From the human T2T-CHM13v2.0 reference genome, Homo sapiens, in the NCBI RefSeq assembly GCF_009914755.1, contig NC_060932.1: a stretch of DNA of 64,000 nucleotides. One strand, given 5' to 3'. Under the pieces are notes generated by a model that ran no database searches, was not told the DNA's origin, and was given only the letters and a program-made list of their open reading frames with translations. Of this stretch, positions 54,019 to 64,000 are shown one piece after another (position 1 is the stretch's first letter; the number at the start of each line of letters is the position of its first letter). Both the position numbers and the translations under genes were made by a program.

Positions 54019-54587
54019 CAGTCAGGGTATGCATAACAACGTTTGGGGCAATGACAAACTGCATATATGACAGTGGTCGCACAAGACTACAATGGAGCTG
54101 AGAAATTCCTGTCCCCTGGTGACGTGGTAGCTGTCACCAGAGCACAACTCATCACTGATGTGTCGTGGTGCTGCTGGTTTTAGCAAACCTCCCATACTGT
54201 CAGTTGTATAAAAGTCCAGCATATACACTTATGCACATCAAATAATACTTGATAAAGATAAGCGATTATGGTACTGATTTATGTATTTATTACACTATAT
54301 ATATTTCATAATTTTAGAGTATACTCCTTCTTATTAAAAAATAATTAACTATAAAACAGCCTGAGACAGGTCCTTCGGGAGGTATCCAGAAGGTATTGTT
54401 ATCATAGGAGATGACAGCTCCATGCATGTTCTTGGCCCTGAAGACCTCCCAGTGGGACAAGAGGTAGAGGTAGAAGACCGTGATATTGATGATCTTGACC
54501 CCTGTGTAGGTCTATGAAGGGCTAATGTGTGTGTGTGTCTTAATTTCTTTAAAAATGTTTAAAAAGTAAAAATTAATTTTTTAAATC

Positions 54588-55440
54588 TTTTTTTATTATA
54601 GTTTAAGTTTTAGGGTACATGTGCACAACATGCAGGTTAGTTACATGTGTATATATGTGCCATGTTGGTGTGCTGCACCCATTAACTCGTCATTTAACAT
54701 TAGGTATATCTCCTAATGCTATCCCTCCCCCATCCCCCCACCCCACAACAGGCCCCAGAGTGTGATGTTCCCCTTCCTGTGTCCATGTGTTCTCATTGTT
54801 CAGTTCCCACCTATGAGTGAGAACATGTGGTGTTTGGTTTTTTGTCCTTGTGATAGTTTGCTCAGAATGATGGTTTCCAGCTTCATCCATGTCCCTACAA
54901 AGGACATGAACTCATCATTTTTTATGGCTGCATAGTATTCCATGGTGTATATGTGCCACATTTTCTTAATCCTGTCTATCGTTGTTGGACATTTGGGTTG
55001 GTTCCAAGTCTTTGCTATTGTGAATAGTGCCGCAATGAACATAGGTGTGCATGTGTCTTTATAGCAGTATGATTTATAGTCCTTTGGGTATATACCCAGT
55101 AATGGGATGGCTGGGTCAAATGGTATTTCTAGTTATATAGATCCCTGAGGAATCGCCACACTGACTTCTACAATGGTTGAACTAGTTTACAGTGCCACCA
55201 AGAGTGTAAAAGTGTTCCTGTTTCTCCACATCCTCTCCAGCACCTGTTGTTTCCTGACTTTTTAATGATCACCATTCTAACTGGTGTAAGATTGTATCTC
55301 ATTGTGGTTTTGATTTGCATTTCTCTGATGGCCAGTGATGATGAGCATTTTTTCATGTGTCTTTTGGCTGCATAAATGTCTTCTTTTGAGAAAGGTCTGT
55401 TCATATGCTTTACCCACTTTTTGATGGGGTTGTTTGTATT
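54588..55440 (-). mobile_element. L1PA (about PA4/5) 3' ~850 bp
   Basis: Young L1 3'UTR; ORF2 C-terminus ...[13 protein letters not shown]. Confidence 0.9.
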
Positions 55441-55473
55441 TTATTTCATAAAAATAAGGATATAAAGAAAGAA

Positions 55474-55758
55474 TTTTTTTGTGTGTGTGTGACGGAGTCT
55501 CACTGTGGCTGGAGTGCAGTGGTGCAATCTTGGTTCACTGCAACCTCTGCCTCCGGGTTCAAGTAATCTCCTGCCTCAGCCCCCCAAGTAGCTGGGACTA
55601 TAGGCACGCATCACCATACCCAGCTAATTTTTGTATTTTTAGTAGAGATGGGGTTTCACCATATTGGCCAGGCTGGTCTCGAACTACTGACCTCATGATC
55701 TGCCCGCCTCGGCCTCCCAAAGTGCTGGGGTTACAGGCGTGAGCCACCGTGTCCAGCC
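55474..55758 (-). mobile_element. AluS
   Basis: TSD agaaagaa(t/a); tail converted to (TG)n. Confidence 0.8.
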
Positions 55759-57252
55759 AGAAAGAAAATATTTTTACAGTGTACAATGTGTATTTTAAGC
55801 TATGTTATGACCAAAGAATTTTAAGATATTAAAAACATAAAAGTTTATAGGTAAAAAAAGTTACAGAAGCTAAGATTAATTTATTAATGAAGAAAGAAAA
55901 ACTATTCTTTATAAATATAATGTAGCCTAAGTGTACAGTGTTTACAAAGTCTACCACCGTGCAGACTCCTGTCCTAGGCCTTCACATTCACTCACTGCTA
56001 ACTCACTGACTCACCCAGAGCAACTCCAGTCCTGCGAGCTCCATTCATGGTAAAATGCCCTGGACGAGGGCACTGTAATATCTTTTATGTCATATTTTTA
56101 CTGTACCTTCTCTATGTTTAGATACACAAATACCATCGTGTTACAGTTGCCTACAATATTCAGTACAGTAACTTGCTGTATGGTTTTGTAGCCTAGGAGC
56201 GATCGGCTATGCCATACAGCCTAGGTGTGAGCAGGCTACACCATCTAGCTGTATGTAAGTTCACTCTATGATGCTTGCCTTTAACCCCACATTTCTCAGA
56301 ATGTATCCCATTTTTTTTCTCTGCCATATTTGTGTTTATTGTGCAGTATCATTACGTTCAATGCGTAGGAGATACGAAAATATCACCTAGGTTATATTAT
56401 CCTATAATTTTCTATATATGACTTCATAGATTTCTTCTGACAGAAGCATTTGTTGATGTGGTATTGTACAGAGGGGATAATGTTTGGAAGAAGATAAATT
56501 TGTGTTTAAACCCTGATACGTCTTCCAGTTAGCAGTGTAATTTTTCCTGTTCCTTGAAATCTTCAAACCAAAGTTTTCATATTTGTAAGATGGGCTAATA
56601 ATACTTGTCTCAGTGAATGTTAGTTATCTCTTTTTTGTCCCAAACTCCTCCCTGCCCTCCCTGCCAACCTGGATCAATAGACCTGGTTACTGTTTGAGGA
56701 TTATTAAGTTTTGAAAACCTCTGTGACAATCACAGATGATCTGCTCCAAGAAAATATCACTTTTTGTTTAACTACATCAACCCTACAAAGGATCATGTAT
56801 CTCCATACCCACTTTTCAGTGTCAGGAGCCACCATCAGATTTTCATCCTCCTCTGGCTAATAATAGGAATCACCTGACCTTAAAAACTTCCTTCCTGTGA
56901 ATGCCTCTTATTTTTCTGTGTTAATGGAATTTGGTTTCAAACTTGAAAGACTTGCCTTTCCCTATGATTACTGTTTACTTGTCAACCAGCTGTTCTTATT
57001 AAAAAGATATAATATGCCTAAACATATTTAAGAGTCTTATATATTAAATTCATAATCAAGAGATTGCCTTACCTATTGAGAATATGAAAGTTGGAAGGTC
57101 TTTTTTTTCATAGGGAGAGGAAGAGGAGAGAGATGGTAACAATATTGACTTTGGACTAAAAAATATGAAATACGTTTATTTGATAGGGATTTCACTGATT
57201 AGATGTTATTTGAAATGAAGAATGTTTTCCTGATAAATTCATATTTTGAGGC

Positions 57253-57581
57253 TGTATTGGTCCATTCTTGCACTGCTATGAAGAAACACCCAGGACTGGT
57301 TAATTCATAAAGAAAAGAGGTTTAACTGATTCACAGTTCTGTGTGGCTGGGGAAACCTCAGGAAACTTATAATCATGGTGAAAGGCACCTCTTCACAGGG
57401 CAGCAGGAGAGAGAATGAGTGCCACCAGGGGAAATGCCAGATGCTTATGAAACCATCGGATCTTGGGAGAACTCACTCTGATTCAGTTACCTCTTACGGG
57501 GTTCCTCCCATGACACGTGGGGATTACGGTATTACAATTCAAGATAAGATTTGGGTGGGTTCACAAAGCCAAACCATATCA
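57253..57581 (-). mobile_element. THE1/MSTA solo LTR
   Basis: TSD GAGGC; tgtattggtccattcttgcactgc...aaaccatatca. Confidence 0.85.
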
Positions 57582-58495
57582 GAGGCCAATATAAAATAGC
57601 ATCTCATCTTTTCACTGTTCAGCTTAATGAAAATTATACATGTTCTCTAAATAATGCCTTACTGAATTTAACATATTTCTACTGAAAATTTCCTCAGGCC
57701 ATCGATTCACAAATTTTAATGAACAAAGTTGAAATTAAGATTCCTTTGAAAACACTGAATGTAGTCATAATGTCTTGGAGTTTGAAACTTAGGGTCACCA
57801 ATTTTCATTTATGAATGAAACATTCTCATGTCATAATAGAGATGAGAGTTTTTCAATGAAGAACTAAGTATGTGTTAGTTAATGAAGAATGAGAATTAAA
57901 GTATATTTTGTCAGTGTGATTTTTGTCATTACTGAAAGTGTAAACTAACCTTAACTATAAGGGGAGTTACTTGAAAATCAGTAATATTTACATAGTAATT
58001 GGTAAGAAGAGAGTTTATGAAATCTGTACTTTTTAGTTGTGTGTTTCTTGTAAAATTCTCCTGTTACCACTTAACTTTTCTCATTACTTGGAAGAACCTT
58101 CCACCTTCTTGTGTTTAAAACGTCTTTCTTCTCATGGGGCTTTCTGTCAGCCTTGCCATAATTTAGTTCATTTTAGTAAATGCTTTTTGAGCTTAGTGTT
58201 AGACACTGTGCTAACCATGTGGGATATGCATTATATTTAAATCTCAGAGCAGGTAAAGCAATTGAGAATTTTGTTATTAGAAAGTAATCAAGTGCCTAGC
58301 AGTTTGTTCCATCATATTGGTGCAACACAGAGTGTTAACAGGCAAATTCTCTTGTCAGTTATTCTTAATCTGATATAGACATTGCCCTTACGATAGATAA
58401 AATGTGATTATATATAATAATATAAAGCTATTTTCAAGGAGACAATTCAGATTTGTGAGGAGGGAGATAATCTTTGATAAATGGTGTTTGGAATT

Positions 58496-60539
<2,044 letters not shown>

Positions 60540-60556
60540 TTTTAAGCGACCCATGA

Positions 60557-61048
<492 letters not shown>

Positions 61049-61718
61049 TGACTCCGTGGGGAGGCTTCCAGCTTTTCCCCAGTCAGCATGCTACTCACTT
61101 GCGGGCCAAGGTAGATACACTTTATCATGTTAGGGAAATGCTCATCTATTCCTATTTTTATGTGTCATTTAAAATTCAAGAACAATCATTGCCCATATTC
61201 TCTAGCTATCATTTTTCTAATTATTTTTACAAAGATTCATGTTAACCTCACTTTTAGACAAGATATTGAAATTTTTAGTACTCCCAAGAATCCCCTCTAT
61301 CTGCTCCTTTGTACTCACCCCTCCCCGACCCCCAACTCCTGGCAGCCACTGACCTGTTATCCACACCCAGAGTTTTGCCTTGTCCAGAATGCCATATAAA
61401 TATAACCCTACACAGTATGTGACCTTCTCAGCCTGGGTTCTCTGACTTAGCATAATGCACTTGAGACTTCTCTGTTGTTGCATGCGCCAATAGTTCCTTT
61501 TTATTCCTGGGTGGTATTCCACCATGTGGATAGATTACAGTTCTCTTATCCATTCACCCATTGAGGGATATTTGGGTATTTGCAGTTTGGAGGATTGTGA
61601 ACAATCCCACAATAAATATTCCTGTGTGTCTGCTACAGTGGGTAAAATAAAAACTTCTGATAGTACCGAGTGTTGGCAAGGATGTAAAGATGTAAAGTGA
61701 TAGGAACTCTTATCCACT

Positions 61719-61719
<1 letters not shown>

Positions 61720-61755
<36 letters not shown>

Positions 61756-62051
61756 AGACAGAGTCTTAGAGTCTTGCTCTGTCTCCCAGGCTGGAGTGCA
61801 GTGGTGTGATCTTGGCTCACTGCAACCTTTGCCTCCTGGGTTCAAGTGATTCTCCTGCCTCCTGCCTCAGCATCCCAAGCAGCTGGGACTACAGGCCCAT
61901 GCTACCATGCCCAGCTAATTTTTGTATTTTTAGTAGAGACAGGGTTTCACCATGTTAGTCCGCCTTGTCTCAAACTCCTGACCTCAGTTGATCCAACTGC
62001 CTCGGCCTCCCAAAGTGCTGGGATTATAGGCGTGAGCCACTGCACCCAGCC
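61720..62051 (-). mobile_element. AluS with long T tract, inserted in old L1
   Basis: TSD ttatcca(c/t)tgtt. Confidence 0.88.
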
Positions 62052-63084
62052 GGAGTTCTTATCCATTGTTGATGGGAATGCAAAATGGTGCAGCCATGTG
62101 GAAAGCAACTGGGCAGTTTTGTAAAAGGTTGAGCGTGCACTGACCACATGACCTAGCAGTCCCTATCTATCTAGGTATTTATCCCCCCAAAATTAAAAAT
62201 TACATTCACACAAAAATCTCTCTTTTAAACTCTGCTTTGATTTGCATTGCTTCTCTAATTTACATACTCCTTATCCCTTACTATGCTGTCCAAAGAATTT
62301 TCTGTATTTTATTCTTCTGTTTCTAGCCCGACTTCTGCCAGCTCATGCCCCATCTCCTCCTTTTTCTCACTTTCTCCTCGTGTTTTCTTACAAAGTCTTC
62401 CTTGAGTTTCTAATTTATAATCTTCTTTCACATAGGTGATTGCTTTATAAGGTTTTATTTTTTATGATTTATGGCAAAATATACTACTCAGATTTTTTTA
62501 TTTGTTCTGGGTAACATTTTCCTATTTAGAGTTTCATCTAGTAAATGTTGCTGTTTTTTTCCCATCCCTGTTCCTTTAAAAAAGAATACACATTTATTAT
62601 GCCTGTGCCAAGTCTCTATTTGCTTCTCATTTTCCTGGGCTATTTCCAGGAGTCCTTCCGGGCATGGATACTTGCTGGAGACTGGTGGCCACAGTGACCA
62701 TGTCCTTTACTCTGCATGTCTTTTTTGCGCCCCAACCCCCTACAGGCCTTCTTTGGATCCCTGTAAACTGGGTTGGCAGTAATGCAGCTGGACCCTGTAA
62801 GAAATTTTTCTTCGTAGCAAGCACAACATTAAGCATTCTCAGCAGTAGGTGCTGGAAGGATACTGCAGGTGGAAGGGGCCTTTCTTCCTGGTCCTCTCCA
62901 GCATGCTTCTGTTTGCTGCTTCTTGCTCCTATGGCGTGGTTGCCACCAGCATGTGGGGAACACCTGGTGTTGCTCGGCTCTGCCATGCCTCTCTCAGTGA
63001 GCTCGAGCCCTGTCTTCTGTTCAGTGACCTGTTCCACAAATGAGCCAAGGATGGCCCTTAGCTTGTCAATTTCTTCACAGCAGG

Positions 63085-63570
63085 CTTCTCATTAGCTCAA
63101 AAGCCTGCTGGTCCCAAACTCAATGTTTTACACATCCAGCTGTTTTTGACCATAGTCTAAATAAACAGATATTTAGCCATCTAAAGCTTGTCTGCTTTGC
63201 ATACCCTGTGAAACTGCACCCAACATCTGCTAGCCACAGGTAATATGAAGCCTGTGGCTATAAAAGACCCCAAGCCATTGCTGCCCTTGAGAGCTCTCTG
63301 ACCCAGAGACTCCCCACTGTGCCAGTGAACCACATCACCTAGACGAGTAACCCCCTGTCAGAGTCCTCTTTCCTCAGAAGTCCCCTTGTCCTCTTCCTCT
63401 TCTGGATGGTGTCTCCTTAACCTCCAGATAGTCTCAGGCTGTAAAGGGCTTCTTCCCCCACATGCAACCTCCCAAAGCATTTCTCAAATGAAACCTGTGT
63501 ATGCTGCCACCACCTCGTGATCATATCTTTTTCTTGGATCAGCCTCGAAATCCCCCGAGCCCTCTACACC
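63085..63570 (+). mobile_element. LTR-like element (family uncertain) with TATAAAA box at about 63259
   Basis: ctataaaagacccc...; LTR-like layout, boundaries approximate. Confidence 0.45.
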
Positions 63571-64000
63571 TTTTCAGTGCAGCTGTCCCAAGACAGACAG
63601 ACACACACACCCAGGTCTTGCACCCTCCCTAGCCAGTGGGCAGGCACCTGTGTGGTGCACCAGTCCACCTGCGCTCCAGAGGGGTGTTCCTTGTTGCCAG
63701 TCATGGCCACCGTTTCCTGGCCACCTGAACTCCCGAGAGGTGCATTCTGCTTCTCTAGCAAAGGGGATCAGCTCTGGCCCCGGGCAACCCGGCAAATGTC
63801 TCTGCCTTCTGCTGGGCTGCAGACACCTTCTTCAATGTGTTGTGAGTCCCACTCCTGGGGAGGGGGAGAGGCTCCCCTGCCAAGTTCGGCTCCTCCTCAG
63901 ATACTCTCCTCCTGCCCTGCTGTATCTTAGAGTGCTCCTGATGCTTCGTAGTCGCTCCCCAGTTACAGTGTGTGATTCTTCCTGTTAAACTTTCCTTGTT

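Larger units (their letters stand above)
54019..56310 (+). mobile_element. Tigger3 (Golem)-type DNA transposon interrupted by L1PA and AluS
   Basis: cagtca..gcataacaacgtttg...gcatatatgacagtggtc start; ...gtaagttcactctatgatg...tttctcagaatgtatccc end. Confidence 0.75.

Overview
Human (primate) genomic DNA from the testis serine-protease cluster, which I recognise as 8p23.1. It is not prokaryotic. The minus strand carries the complete five-exon PRSS55 (T-SP1) gene. Its GT-AG junctions give a 352-aa reading frame with signal peptide, R67|ITGG activation site, H108/D156/S250 triad and hydrophobic C-terminal tail. A distal alternative last exon (9096-9185) gives a 276-aa form lacking the catalytic Ser. 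On the plus strand, and missed by the ORF track, a 61-nt phase-1 signal-peptide exon (45200-45260, [20 protein letters not shown]) matches my recollection of the PRSS51 N-terminus and lies head-to-head with PRSS55. A GC-box/CpG-rich promoter-like region with a perfect splice donor at 15699 could drive a plus-strand transcript antisense across all of PRSS55 and into that exon. The rest is mostly interspersed repeats (Alu, L1, L2/MIR, MaLR/ERV LTRs, Tigger3, MER53/MER58). Several carry readable mechanistic scars: a templated insertion with microhomologies, two L1s in the same target site, and an 82-bp dispersed duplication. Most ORF-track entries are repeat-derived or chance ORFs. Repeat boundaries and subfamily calls are by eye and approximate.
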